Part shown: positions 20,826 to 31,800 of the stretch, one piece after another
Position numbering within the stretch: the first letter of the stretch is position 1
Layout of the letters: the number at the start of each line of letters is the position of its first letter
Source: Acidobacteriota bacterium
GTDB lineage: Bacteria; Acidobacteriota; UBA6911; RPQK01; JAJDTT01
NCBI GenBank assembly: GCA_965263035.1
Contig: OZ253580.1
Location: 5,536,001-5,600,000 of the forward strand
Direction: 5' to 3'
Length of the DNA stretch: 64,000 nucleotides
Notes under the pieces: generated by a model
What the model was told of the DNA's origin: nothing
Seen by the model: only the letters and a program-made list of their open reading frames with translations
Database searches by the model: none
Made by a program: the position numbers and the translations under genes

Positions 20826-21116
20826 TCAAAATTCCCGCTCCTTTTTCTTGGAAGGGGTCTGAAGCCTCGCGACTCTCTCCAGGAACTCCCGGGCGACCCG
20901 TTCGTACCGGTCCCGATCCAGGTTCCAGGCCCTGCCGTGGCTGGCGCCGGGGACCGTCACGCACCGGACCAGATCGGATCGGGAATTCGCCAGCAGTTGG
21001 CTGGTTCGGAGCGGAACCAGGGTGTCCTCGCCGCCGTGGAAAACCAGCGTGGGCGCCTGCAAGTATTTCGTGTTCCCGACATAATTTAGTGCCTTCCAGG
21101 GGACTCCGAATCGAAC
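20826..21116 (-). pseudogene. Diverged 3' fragment of the alpha/beta-hydrolase at 60553-61710
   Basis: VRFGVPWKALNYVGNTKYLQAPTLVFHGGEDTLVPLRTSQLLA vs VRFGLPWTELNYVRETEHLQAPTLVFHGGADTLVPLRTSQLLA; its 5' break abuts the palindrome at 21119. Confidence 0.9.
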
Positions 21117-21159
21117 CGGAGAAGGGGACAGTCACCTCCTCTGAAGGGACCGGACGCGT

Positions 21160-21355
21160 GCTGAGGGATGAAGCGGGCACCGGCGTGACCCTGGTGGAGG
21201 GCGACGACCTCCGGAATACCCTGTTGCAGGAGAACATCCGTGAAATCCGGGCCACGACCAACTCCCTCATGCCCGAGGGTCTGGAGGAGAACATCGACCA
21301 CCAGGAGATGGCCGACCTTATCTCCTTCATCCTCAAGTATCAGTACGAGGTCGGT
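21160..21355 (+). pseudogene. Third 3' fragment of the CxxCH gene
   Basis: LRDEAGTGVTLVEGDDLRNTLL..SLMPEGLEENIDHQEMADLISFILKYQYEVG; begins ~18 bp after the palindrome ending at 21142. Confidence 0.9.
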
Positions 21356-22872
21356 ACCGGAATCACCGGCAAAGTCGTGAAGATTCGGCTATCGGCATCC
21401 ATCTCCAGGGCGACCCCGGTGAACCGTTCCCCTTCAGGAGCGGTGCAACGAACGGACCCGACGAAGTCGGACGTATCGGTCTGGGTGAACAACTCGTGGA
21501 TGAACTTGGCCGTCTGTCCGTTGCCGGCCAGTGGAATGTCCTTCGTCTCCAATACCGCGCCTGCTTTCATCAATTGGCAACTCACTTCGATCGGATTCTC
21601 TCCCAGGTTCCGGATCGCGGCTCCGGTGTTGATTCCACCCTCTTGGCGGCGGGCCGGAAAAATGACGTCGTTTCCGGGCGCACTTGCCCCCACGCCGGCC
21701 ACGCCCAGGGACGGGGCGTCGAACCGCAGGACCCCGCCGATGCGGGCCGCGCCGCCCGCGTCCTCCCGGTTTTTGTCGCCCGCGAGATTAAAGCGCACAA
21801 TGTCGGAGAACACCGTTACCGATCCGGTCACCAACTCCCCTCGCCCATGGGTCGAAATCACCAGTTCACCCAGAGGTTCAATCCCCGTCCGGACAGTCAA
21901 CGCTCCGTCCTCCCGGACTTCCAGATCTTCCGTCACGTCCACCACCGATTCGGGGTCGATGAGTGCGCCCATTTGATCGTAGAAGTAGATGGCCGAGTAA
22001 GTCGCCGAGGGCTCCACGTTCACCAACACCAAGTCCGAGGTGATGGACCCTCCATTCCCGAAATGCGCAAAGCTCAGAGACTGTCGCAGGTCCGCCGTGA
22101 TTGGAAGCATGGCGTTGTCCGATTGAACCTGGAGAAGTCGGTCGAAGTAAGCGATCCGATTCGGCATAGTCTCCAATATTGTCCGCTCGTAAGGTCGGGA
22201 GATTCGAGCCGAACGATATCGGACAGCCAAGTACGCCAGGAACGACTCGGTGATGTCTTCTCGCTCCGGATGATCTCGTGCGTAGTCGGAAATGAAGTTG
22301 CCATCGGCTGTCTGGGCGGCACGCCAATCGACGGCGTTGACAATCCCCATCCAGGGTGGGTCCAGGGAAGTGTGCGCCCCCTCGTGGACCAATTCCTCCT
22401 CCAAAAAACCCTTGGCGATGGACTCTTCCGCATGATCTGCATGAATGAGAATATTGTTGTTTCCACCCCCGAGAGGCTGATTCCCTTTATGGATCCAGAC
22501 CGTCTTGACATTGGTTCGAAGAAGGGTTGGCAATTGGCCGATGAATCCCCCATATTTGCTAGCCTCCGCCATCGCGGCCGATGCACTGCCGAACTCTGGA
22601 TTGACCTGAATCTCCGCAGTCAGCCCATCATCAAATCGGGCCATGAACAAATAGGCGTTGACCACGATCCAGTCCTTGACCCGCTGGTCGAACATCGTCC
22701 GTTGCCCCCGTCCGGCTTCCGTCACACTCACGAGCGCAGTCGGATCTGATAGCGTGATGATGTCCGGGTCGATCCAGACGGTGCCCGAATAGGGTGGATC
22801 GGTCTGGTCCTTGCTCTGAACCTCTCGGCCGAGCGTGGCCAGCAGGAATACAGCTAGCATTATGTGCCTCAT
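21340..22872 (-). CDS. Secreted zincin-like (HExxH) protein with one copy of the shared C-terminal domain
   Basis: Signal peptide; EEELVHEGAHTSLD and YARDHPEREDITESF; C-terminal LSFAHFGNG..ITSDLVLVN..IFTTLPV; stop codon supplied by the antisense CxxCH fragment. Confidence 0.65.
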   Translation of the reverse strand: MRHIMLAVFLLATLGREVQSKDQTDPPYSGTVWIDPDIITLSDPTALVSVTEAGRGQRTMFDQRVKDWIVVNAYLFMARFDDGLTAEIQVNPEFGSASAAMAEASKYGGFIGQLPTLLRTNVKTVWIHKGNQPLGGGNNNILIHADHAEESIAKGFLEEELVHEGAHTSLDPPWMGIVNAVDWRAAQTADGNFISDYARDHPEREDITESFLAYLAVRYRSARISRPYERTILETMPNRIAYFDRLLQVQSDNAMLPITADLRQSLSFAHFGNGGSITSDLVLVNVEPSATYSAIYFYDQMGALIDPESVVDVTEDLEVREDGALTVRTGIEPLGELVISTHGRGELVTGSVTVFSDIVRFNLAGDKNREDAGGAARIGGVLRFDAPSLGVAGVGASAPGNDVIFPARRQEGGINTGAAIRNLGENPIEVSCQLMKAGAVLETKDIPLAGNGQTAKFIHELFTQTDTSDFVGSVRCTAPEGERFTGVALEMDADSRIFTTLPVIPVPTSY

Positions 22873-22944
22873 GGACGAAGGATAGTCGCGGAGGAGGGGG
22901 ACGTAGTCGCGGAGGAGGGGACAGTCACCTTCTCGCGCGGTGTC

Positions 22945-25638
22945 CTACCTGCCCCACGCGTAGCGGATGCGCACGTAGTAGTACGCGCCGTTGAATCCCC
23001 AAGGTGTGTACTCGCTGTACTTCTCCCCGACCGACATCGCTCGCGCGCTCTCGTCGGGATAGGTATTGAGCAGGTTCTGGGCGCCGATCGCCAGCGTCAT
23101 GCCCTCGGAGAGATCGATGCTGCCCTCCACGTCGACGATCGGGCGCCCGTCGAAGAAGCCCTGCTCGATACCGGCGGACGGGATGAACGCCTGCCGAAAC
23201 CCGCTGTCCCAGTCGTACCAGCCGCCATAGTAGCTCACGCGCCCGAGCAGTTGGACCCGCCCGAGGCGCTGGTTGATGCCGGCGCTCCAGCGGACCCGCG
23301 GCAGCGCGTAGGCGTACTCGGCCAGCCGCCGGTCGCTGAGCAGACCCTTCTCGTTGTCGGTCACCTCGGTGTCGGTGTAGTTGAAGACGGCGCTGAACAC
23401 CGTGTTGCCACGCAGCGCAATTGGCGTGTAGGTCGAGACTACGTCGATCCCCTGCGACCGCGTGGAGAACGCGTTGGTGAAGAACCGGAAATTCTTCAGG
23501 TCGCGGGCGCTCTCGATGTCTTGCGCCAGCAGGTTCTCGATCTCGGCGTCCTGCAGGCTGAAGTTGCTCGTGATGCCGATCCGGTCGGCGACGTTGACGA
23601 GGAAGTAGTCGGCGCTGAAGTTGAACGGCCCGGTGTCGAAGACGACGCCGGCAGTGTAGTTGACGGAGCGTTCAGGCTCCAGCGGCACGCCGCCGCGCAA
23701 CGCCGCCACCGGCGAGATCGACGGGATGACGCCGTTGTTGACCAGGTCTCCGATGGCCGGGTCGAAGGTGGTCGAGATGTTGAAGCCGTTCTGCTGGCCG
23801 GGTGTGGGTGCGCGGAACCCGCTGCTGACGCTGGCGCGCACGAAGGCGAAGCGGGCGGAGACCTTGCCGTTCGTGGTTGTGCCGAAGTCCTCGAAGTGCT
23901 CGACCCGCAGCGCACCGCCCAGGGTCCATCCGCCGTCCACGTCGTTCACTTCGACATCGCCGTACGCCGCGACATTGTTCCGGTTCCAGGTGCCGGCGGC
24001 GAGCGGTCCGTAGCCGAAGAAGCCGTTGGAGCCGGCTGAGAATCCCTGTCCCCGGCCGTACGGGCCGACCGTCCACGACGCCGGCTCGCCCTCGGTGGTC
24101 TGGTACTGCTCGTCGCGCCACTCCGCGCCGGCCGCGATGTTGACCCTGTCCGTCGCGGCGTAGGAGAGATCGAAGTTCAGCCCGATCTCCCGCTGCCGGT
24201 TGCTGCCGAGTTCGAAGGCGGTCGGAGTATCGTAGCCGAGCGAGGCGTTGACGGTGTCGCGGATGAAGAGGTCGGTCTCGTGGGCGCCGACCGAGACGCT
24301 CGTATCCCAGATGACGCCGGCGCCGGTGAAGCCGCGGATGCCGCCCACTACCGACATGTCCTGCGCCTCGCCGCCGAAGTTGGGCGTGAAGCCGCCGGGG
24401 AACCGCTCGTAGAGCGTGAAGCAGTTCGGATTTTCTGCGACCGCCGCGAGCGCCTCGCCGTCGGGGACGTTGCCGACTATCGGCACCGTCGGGCAGTTGC
24501 CGGCGCCGGGCATCCCGGTCTCGGCCCACAGCCGGTCGCCCACGAGTAGCGTGCTGCCGCCGTCCGGGCTGAAGACCCCGCCCCGCGTATTCGGGTTGCG
24601 GAAGAAGAAGCCGCCGGTCACCCGCTTGCTCGCATAGTTGGTATGGCCGTAAAGCTGCACCCCGGTGGAGAACGTGTAACCGAAGTTCCCGAACAGCTTC
24701 AGATCGTCGTCGACCTCCGGTGAACCCCAGATCTGCGGCGTATCCGATGCGACATGTGTGTTCCCCGCGGCGAGAAGCGCGGTGGCGTCGCTACGGGGGG
24801 CGCTCCGGTTCGTCGGATTCGAGCTGCCGTATTCCAGGCTGAGGTTGGCGAAGCCGGTGGCGCCCAGCGGCAGGCCGACATTGCCGGCGACGTTGAAGGC
24901 CTCGCCGTCCCCTTCCTGAAAGGTGCCGGTGTCGAATTCGAGACTACCGCCGGAGGCGGCATCCTTGAGCTGGAAATTCATGACGCCGGCGATGGCGTCC
25001 GAGCCGTACTGCGCCGCCGCACCGTCGCGCAACACTTCGACTTGGCGCAGCGCGATGGCCGGGATGGCGGAGATGTCCGGGCCCTGCGAGCCGTAGGCCA
25101 CGCCGTTGCCGCCGTGCCAGTCGATGATGGACGAGCGGTGGCGTCGCTTTCCGTTCACCAGGACCAGCGTGTGGTCCGGCGCCAGGTTGCGAAGCATCGC
25201 CGGACGGACGACCGTCGACGCATCGCTGATCGGCTGCGTGTTGACGTTGAACGACGGAATGACCGTGCGTAGCTGATCCTGCAGATTGGAGACACCCTGG
25301 TTGGTGATGTCGGACGTCGAGAGCACGTCGACCGGTACCGGCGACTCCGCAACGGTCCGTGGCCGGGCACGGGAGCCGACGACGACGGTCTCCTCAGTGA
25401 GCCCGTCGAGCAACACCTTCAGCTCGTCAGGCGACAGCCCCATCGCCTGGATTTCGGCCACCGAAACGCCGAGCGCGCGGCTGAGCGCTTCGTACCGTTC
25501 TGCCGTCAGGTCTTCCTGTGCGAACGCCGGAGCCGGCAAACCGGCAACGAGTGCAATGAGCAGACTCGATAGGAACACGATGAACATTGATCGATGCGTC
25601 ACTTGCGGTTTCCTCCCTCGGATTCGGCCGGAGGGCAT
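22945..25638 (-). CDS. TonB-dependent receptor
   Basis: ETVVVGSR TonB box, SPVPVDV plug, TLVLVNGKRRH, VEVLRDGAAAQYGSDAIAGVMNF, GFRAPT; GGAGG RBS before the ATG at 25638. Confidence 0.92.
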   Translation of the reverse strand: MPSGRIRGRKPQVTHRSMFIVFLSSLLIALVAGLPAPAFAQEDLTAERYEALSRALGVSVAEIQAMGLSPDELKVLLDGLTEETVVVGSRARPRTVAESPVPVDVLSTSDITNQGVSNLQDQLRTVIPSFNVNTQPISDASTVVRPAMLRNLAPDHTLVLVNGKRRHRSSIIDWHGGNGVAYGSQGPDISAIPAIALRQVEVLRDGAAAQYGSDAIAGVMNFQLKDAASGGSLEFDTGTFQEGDGEAFNVAGNVGLPLGATGFANLSLEYGSSNPTNRSAPRSDATALLAAGNTHVASDTPQIWGSPEVDDDLKLFGNFGYTFSTGVQLYGHTNYASKRVTGGFFFRNPNTRGGVFSPDGGSTLLVGDRLWAETGMPGAGNCPTVPIVGNVPDGEALAAVAENPNCFTLYERFPGGFTPNFGGEAQDMSVVGGIRGFTGAGVIWDTSVSVGAHETDLFIRDTVNASLGYDTPTAFELGSNRQREIGLNFDLSYAATDRVNIAAGAEWRDEQYQTTEGEPASWTVGPYGRGQGFSAGSNGFFGYGPLAAGTWNRNNVAAYGDVEVNDVDGGWTLGGALRVEHFEDFGTTTNGKVSARFAFVRASVSSGFRAPTPGQQNGFNISTTFDPAIGDLVNNGVIPSISPVAALRGGVPLEPERSVNYTAGVVFDTGPFNFSADYFLVNVADRIGITSNFSLQDAEIENLLAQDIESARDLKNFRFFTNAFSTRSQGIDVVSTYTPIALRGNTVFSAVFNYTDTEVTDNEKGLLSDRRLAEYAYALPRVRWSAGINQRLGRVQLLGRVSYYGGWYDWDSGFRQAFIPSAGIEQGFFDGRPIVDVEGSIDLSEGMTLAIGAQNLLNTYPDESARAMSVGEKYSEYTPWGFNGAYYYVRIRYAWGR

Positions 25639-25749
25639 CGCCTCCTGATGGCTTGTGGTCTTGTTTGGGTGGACGTGAGAAAGTGGGACGAACAGAGTAC
25701 GAATTGGAAAGAACCCAAGATGATGAAGAAGCTCATCTCCGCTATCGTA

Positions 25750-25776
25750 CCCAGACCCCTCGCGGAGGGGTCTGGG
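25750..25776. terminator. Stem-loop downstream of the giant gene
   Basis: CCCAGACCCCT-CGCGG-AGGGGTCTGGG, an 11-bp perfect stem; no clear U-tract. Confidence 0.45.
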
Positions 25777-25828
25777 CCTCTTCTTCCGGCCCGTGTGTCC
25801 GGGCGGCTCGGTGCAGGTCCTGTTGGAA

Positions 25829-28800
25829 TTACTCCTGAGAGATTGTGGTTTGAATCGGCACGACCGGCAGAGTGGTGAAGATCCGGTTGCCGGTATCCAG
25901 CTCAACCGCGACTCCCGTGAACGTGCCTTCCCCGGCCGCCGTGCATCTCACCGACCCGACGAAGTCTCTGGTATCCGTCCTGGTGAACACCTCTTCGATG
26001 AACCGGGCATGCTGTCCTTGTCCGTTGAGATGGATGTCCACCTCTTCCAGCGCTTCGCCCCCGCTCATCAACCGGCACCGCACCGTTGCGCGCTGCGCCG
26101 CCAGGTTGCGGATCGCCGCAGCGGTGCGAATCCCTCCTGCTTGCCGCCGGGCCGGGAACAGCGCGTCCGCCGTGGCTTGACTCGCGCCCACGCCGGCCAC
26201 GCCGACGCCTGGGATGTCAAAGCGCAGGACGCCGCCGATAGGTCCGTTCGCCACGACTCGGACGGACCCGGTCACCACCTCTCCCCGGCCGTGGGTCGAG
26301 ATCGTCAGCTCGCCCAGACGAGCCATGGCCGTTCGTAGGGTCAGGCCTCCGTCCTCTCGAACGACCAGATCCTCCCCCACGTCCACCGTTGATTCCGGCT
26401 CCAGCAGCTCTCCGCGCTGATCGTAAAAGTAGATGGCCGGCCGGGCCGTTGAGGCCGCCACGTTCACCAGCACCAGGTCGGACGTAATCAAGGTCCCGTC
26501 GCCGGAAGTGCCATTGGCGAAGTGCGCGAAAGTCAGGGTCGTTTCTTCCTCTTCGCCACCCCCAGGATCCACCGGCACCACCGGCAGGGTGGTGAAGATC
26601 CGGTTGTCCGCATCCAACTCCACCGCCACGCCCGTGAACGACTCGCCGCGCGGGACCGTACAGCGCACCGAACCGACGAAGTCCGTGGTGTCGGTCGCGG
26701 TGAACAGTTCCTCGATGAACTGGGCGTCCTGACCGTTGGCGTCCAGTTCGATCGCTCTTTCTTCCAGGACGGCGCCGTTTTTCATCAACCGGCACTGGAC
26801 GTCGACGGCCTCCATCCCCAAGTTGTGGATGGCCGCCGCGGTGCGGATCCCTCCTGCCTGACGCCGCGCCGGGAACAGGGCGTCCCCCGTGGGTTCGCTG
26901 GCTCCGACCCCGGCCACGCCGATCCCGGGGATGTCGAAGCGCACCACGCCGCCGATGGGACCGTCCGACACGACCCGCACCGATCCGGTCACCACCTCTC
27001 CCCGGCCATGGGTCGAGATCGTCAGCTCGCCCAGCGACGCGATCTCCGTCCGGGGCGACAGCCCTCCGTCCTCCCGGATCTCCAGATCGTCCCCGACATC
27101 CACCACGGACTCGGCTTCAAACAGATCTCCCTCCCGGTCGAAGAAGTAGACGGCGGGACGAATCTCCGACTCGGCGACGTTCACCAGCACCAGGTCGGAG
27201 GTAATGAGAACGTCGTTGCCCGAATACCCGTTGCCGAAATGGGCGAACTCCAGGATCACCTCCTCCGCCATGGGCGTGGCCTCGACCGGGCTGGAGGGGG
27301 GACTCTGGCCGACTTCGTTCACCGCCCGCACCTCGAAGACGTAGGTCCGGCCGTTGGTCAGTCCGATGACCGTATAGGTCAGGTCCGTGGAACCGATGGA
27401 GGTCCAGTCCCCGGGCCGGTCGATCCGGACCTGGTAGCCGGTGAGGGCGGAGCGACCGTCGCTCTCGGGCACCTCCCAGGTCAGCGTCACTTCACCGTCC
27501 CCGGCTTCTGCCTGCAGGTTCAACGGTGCCGTGGGTACCGTCGCAGCCGGCGGCGGCGGAGGAGGAGGCGGCGGCGGCGGAGGAGGAGGCGGCGGCGGCG
27601 GAGGAGGAGGCGGCGGCGGCGGTGGTGGTGGCGGGGCCGAGACTTCGTTGTCCAGGACCGTCACGCGAGCGCTCTGAGTCGAAGCGGAACCCAGCCGGTA
27701 CTCGGCTCCCGGCCGCAGCCGGGCGGTGACCCGGCTGGTGGATTCGGCGACGTCGTCATCGTCGGTCAACACCTCCAACGTCGCCGTGTCCTGTCCGGTC
27801 CGGAACTCCACCTCGTCCGGCGGTTCGTACCCGTCCGAGGTCTTGATCATCGATCCCGTCTCCGTGACCTCCAGGCTCACCGTCAGCGCGGCCTCCGTCG
27901 GAGGCCCCCGCGTCAGGGTGAACTCCACGGTGGCGCCTTCCGTGACCGTCTCGGATCCCTGCTTGGCTTCGATGGTGACCAGTGGCGGGTCCGCCCGTTG
28001 ATCGGTCAACGCCTCCACCGCGTTACCCACCTCGTCCTGGATCGGGTCGAACCTGGGTGTATAGCTCACTCTTACCGTCTCGCCCGCCGCCACCGGAGAG
28101 GTCAGCGTCAAGGTGACGCTGTTTCCTCTCACCTGGACCTGGATGACCGTCCGGTCATTCCCCTCCACCGTCACCGCGAAGTCGTCCCTGGCCGGCCTCG
28201 AGTCCTCATCCAACGCCTCGTCGTAGGTCAGCGCCACCCGCAAGCCATGCACCGTCACGGTCTGCAGTCCCGGCACGCTCGCGTCCACCTTTTGGTTCGC
28301 CTGCGCCTCCACCGCCTCGTAGCTCCGTGCCGCCGGGTTGTCCGCCAGATCCAGGATCTTCCCCCCATTGAGCGCGATGCTCCCCCGCGGCACGCTCACG
28401 CCGTCCTCGTCCTCGTCCCCCTTCTCCACCGTGTAGACGAACACCACTGCGGCCCGCGCCGACCCCACACTGGCGCTGGCCCGCTTCCTCTGGTTCCCCA
28501 CCAGCAGGTCCAGCGTCGGCGTCCCCTGCACCGTGTCAACCGTCACCGTCTCGTCGTAGCGCACCGTCACGGAGATCATGTCGTCGACCGCGTAGGTCTC
28601 GTCCGTCCCCGGGTCCGAGCTGATCTCGATCCCTTCGATCGATGGGGCCGTCGTGTCCGGCGTCCGGTTGTCTACGAACTCGTCCCGGAAGGCCTCGGCA
28701 TCGTTGCCGATCGCGTCCTGGATCGGATTCGACCGCGACTCGTAGCTCACCCGGATGTCCGTCTCTCCGTACTCCGCCGCTGGACTCACCGTCAGCCGAA

Positions 28801-31800
28801 CCTCACTCTCGGTCACCTGAACCCGGGTCACCGTGCGCGTCTCGTTGCCCCCGGCCAGGGTGAAGTCGCTGGTCGCCGGCCGCGAAGAGGTGTTGAGCGG
28901 TTCGTTGTAGGTCAGCGTCAGCGTCGTTCCGTTCACCACCGCCGGGTCGGTCACGGCCAGGGCCGGGGCCACCGCGTCCACCTTGTGGCTTGAGCTGGCC
29001 GCCACGGCCGTATGGTCCAAGGTGGCGTCATTGCCCGCCCCGTCCCGGATCGTCCCTCTGGCTCGCGACAGGCGGTTCTCCTCGATACTCACACCGTCCT
29101 CGTCGACGTCGTCCGTCACCACCCGATAGGTGAACTTCACCGCCCGGTTCGTGACGCTCTGGTACTCCGCCGTCCGGTTCCGGCCGCCCACATTCAGCGT
29201 CACTTCGGGCGTCCCCGTCACCACCACCGTCTCGTCGAACGTCACCGTCACCTCGATGGTCTCGTCCACGCCGTAGGTCCGATCCGACCCCGCACTGGAC
29301 GTGATCCGAACCGTCTCCACCACCGGCTCCGTCGTGTCTCCCGTCTTGTTCGTGACCGGTTGGTTGTTCAACTCATCCGCGGCGTTGCCCACCAAGTCCC
29401 GGATTGGATTCGACCCCGGCTGGTAGCTCAACCGGAGGCCGCTCTCTGTGGCCGTGACGGCCGAACTCAGCGTCAGGAAAACGGCACTCCCGTCGACCCG
29501 AACTGCCCTGACCGTCCGCGTCTTGCTCCCTCCCGTCACGGTGAAGTCGTCCGTCGACGGTCTCGAAGAGGAATCCAGCGGCTCGCCGTAGGCCAGCGTC
29601 AGCGTCGTCCCGTTCACGACTGTCCCGTCGGACGTCGCCAGCACCGGCTTGACCCCATCCACCTTGTGGCTCGAATCGGCCGCCACCGGCGCGTGGTTCA
29701 GCACGGCGTTATTCTGGGCGCCGTCGCGGATCGTGCCGCTGGACAGGCGGTTCGCCTCGATCCTCACCCCGTACGGGGCCGCGTCGCCCGAGACCACTTT
29801 GTATTCGAACCTCACGGCCGCCCCCGTGACGTCCTGGTAGTTGGCCGTTCGGCTCCGGCCGCCCACGTTCAGCGTCAACCGCGGGGTCCCCGTCACCACC
29901 ACCGTCTCGTCAAACGTCACCGTGACCTCGATGAGATCATCCACCGCGTAGGTCTGATCCGACCCCGCATTGGAGGTGATCCGAACCGTCTTCACCACCG
30001 GCTCCGTCGTGTCTCCCGTCTTGTTCGTGACCGGTTGGTTGTTCAACTCATCCGCGGCGTTGCCCACCAAGTCCCGGATTGGATTCGACCCCGGCTGGTA
30101 GCTCAACCGGAGGCCGCTCTCTGTGTCTTGCACCGCCGGGCTCAAGGTCAGGAAAACGGCGTTTCCGCTCACCTGGACTCGGGTCACCGTCCGTGTCTCA
30201 CTGCCCCCGGTCACCGAGAAGGCGCTCGCCGCCGGTCTCGAGGAGGAGTTCAGTGGCTCGCTGTAGGCCAGCGTCAGCGTCGTTCCGGTCGCCACCGCCC
30301 CGTCGGGCAGCGCCAGCGCCGGCGGAATCCCGTCCACCTTGTGGCTCGAATCGGCCGCCACCGCCGCGTGGTCCAAGGTCGCGTTATTCCGGGCCCCGTC
30401 CCGGATCGCCCCACCGCCTCGCGACAGGCTGTCGGCCTCGAGGCTCACGCCGTCCCGGTCGCGGTCGCCCCGGGCGACCCTATACTCGAACTTGACGGCG
30501 GAGCCCGCAACGCTTACGTATTCCGCCGTTCGATTCCGGCCACCCACGTTCAGCGTCAACTGCGGGGTCCCCGTCACCACCACCGTCTCGTCGAACATCA
30601 CCGTCGCTTCGATGGGAGCTTCCACCGCGTAGGTTCCATCCGAACCCGCATTCGAGGTGATCCTCACCATCTCGACCGCCGGCCCCGTCGTGTCGCCTGT
30701 GTTGTTGGTGACGCTCTTGTTGCTCAACCGATCCGCGTCGTTGCCCGCCGTGTCCTGAATCGGACTCTCTCCCATCTCGGTCGGTACCGTGTAGTTCACC
30801 CGAAGGCCCGTTTCCCCGTGCTCCACCGGTGGATCCAGGGTCAACTCCACCGCGCTCCCACTCACCCGCACCCCGGTGACCGTGCGCGTCTGGTTGCCCC
30901 CCGTCACCGTGAAGGCGCCCGTCGGCGGCACTGAGAACCGGTCCAGCTCCTCGCTGTAGGCCAGCGTCAGCGTCGCCCCGTTCACCACCGCAGAAGAAAA
31001 CGCCGGCGCCGTATCGTCCACATCCTGAAGCCGGACGATGAAGTCCGCCTCCACGGGATTGAACCCGTCGGTGACCTGCACCCTGATTTCGTAGTCCCCG
31101 TCCCGATTGGCGTCGTCCGGACTCTCGTAGTCCTTCGCCGTCTTGAACGCGAGTTCGCCGTCGGACGTCAGCGTGAACTTGCTCCGGTCCGCGCCTCCCG
31201 CCAGCTCCCACTCCAGATCTTCTACCCGGCCATCCGCGTCCGTGGCCGCCAGCGTCTCCACCTCCGTCTCGTTCTCCGCCACCAGAAGCGGAGGGGTCGT
31301 CGTAATTTCCGGTGCGAAGTCGTCATCGGTAATGGTGACCGTCTGCTGCGTGCCCACGGCCTCACGATTGTGAGTCGCCGTGATCAGGATCTCTTCATCG
31401 TTTTCGACGAGTTCGTCCTCCACCGCGGTGAGGGTGGTCGTCACCGAACTTCCACCCAGCGTGAGGGTGAGCCGCTCCGTTCCCACCGTGTAGTCCGTAT
31501 CCTTCGCCGCAGTCCCTGCCCAGGACAGTCGGATCTCCTGATCCGCTGCGAAGGTGACACCGTTGGTGATTCTCACCGTCACCGTCGAGGTCCCCGCCGC
31601 CTCCACCATCGTCGACGGACCGACCTCCAGGGTCATCACCGGCTCATCGTCATCGTCGGTGACTGTCAGCGTCTTCTCGGACGGACCCGTCACCCCATGG
31701 TCGTTGCTGGCCCTCCCCGATACCCGAACCGTCCGGTCCGGCGCGTCCACATCGTTATCGTTGGCGCTGATCGTCACCGTCCCGATGCTGTCCGTCTCTC

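Larger units (their letters stand above)
12266..22934 (+). repeat. Dispersed family of ~14 co-oriented REP-like imperfect palindromes GAGAAGGGGAC-A-GTCACCTyyTCTC
   Basis: Copies at 12266, 13104, 13978, 14167, 14236, 14284, 16470 (degenerate), 17932, 19150, 19199 (half), 19246, 19857, 21119 and 22912. Confidence 0.9.

Noticed and set aside
283-21355. Diversity-generating retroelement (RT plus TR/VR repeats)
   Set aside because: The RT lies within a group II intron with EBS1/IBS1 pairing, and differences among the repeats do not appear adenine-specific.
20738-21976. 412-aa + strand ORF
   Set aside because: A chimeric read-through of the antisense hydrolase fragment, a palindrome, a CxxCH fragment and the antisense zincin gene.
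12266-22934. CRISPR array or integron attC array
   Set aside because: Spacing ranges from tens of bp to several kb, no cas genes are present, attC core sites are absent, and I see no IntI-specific features in the recombinase.
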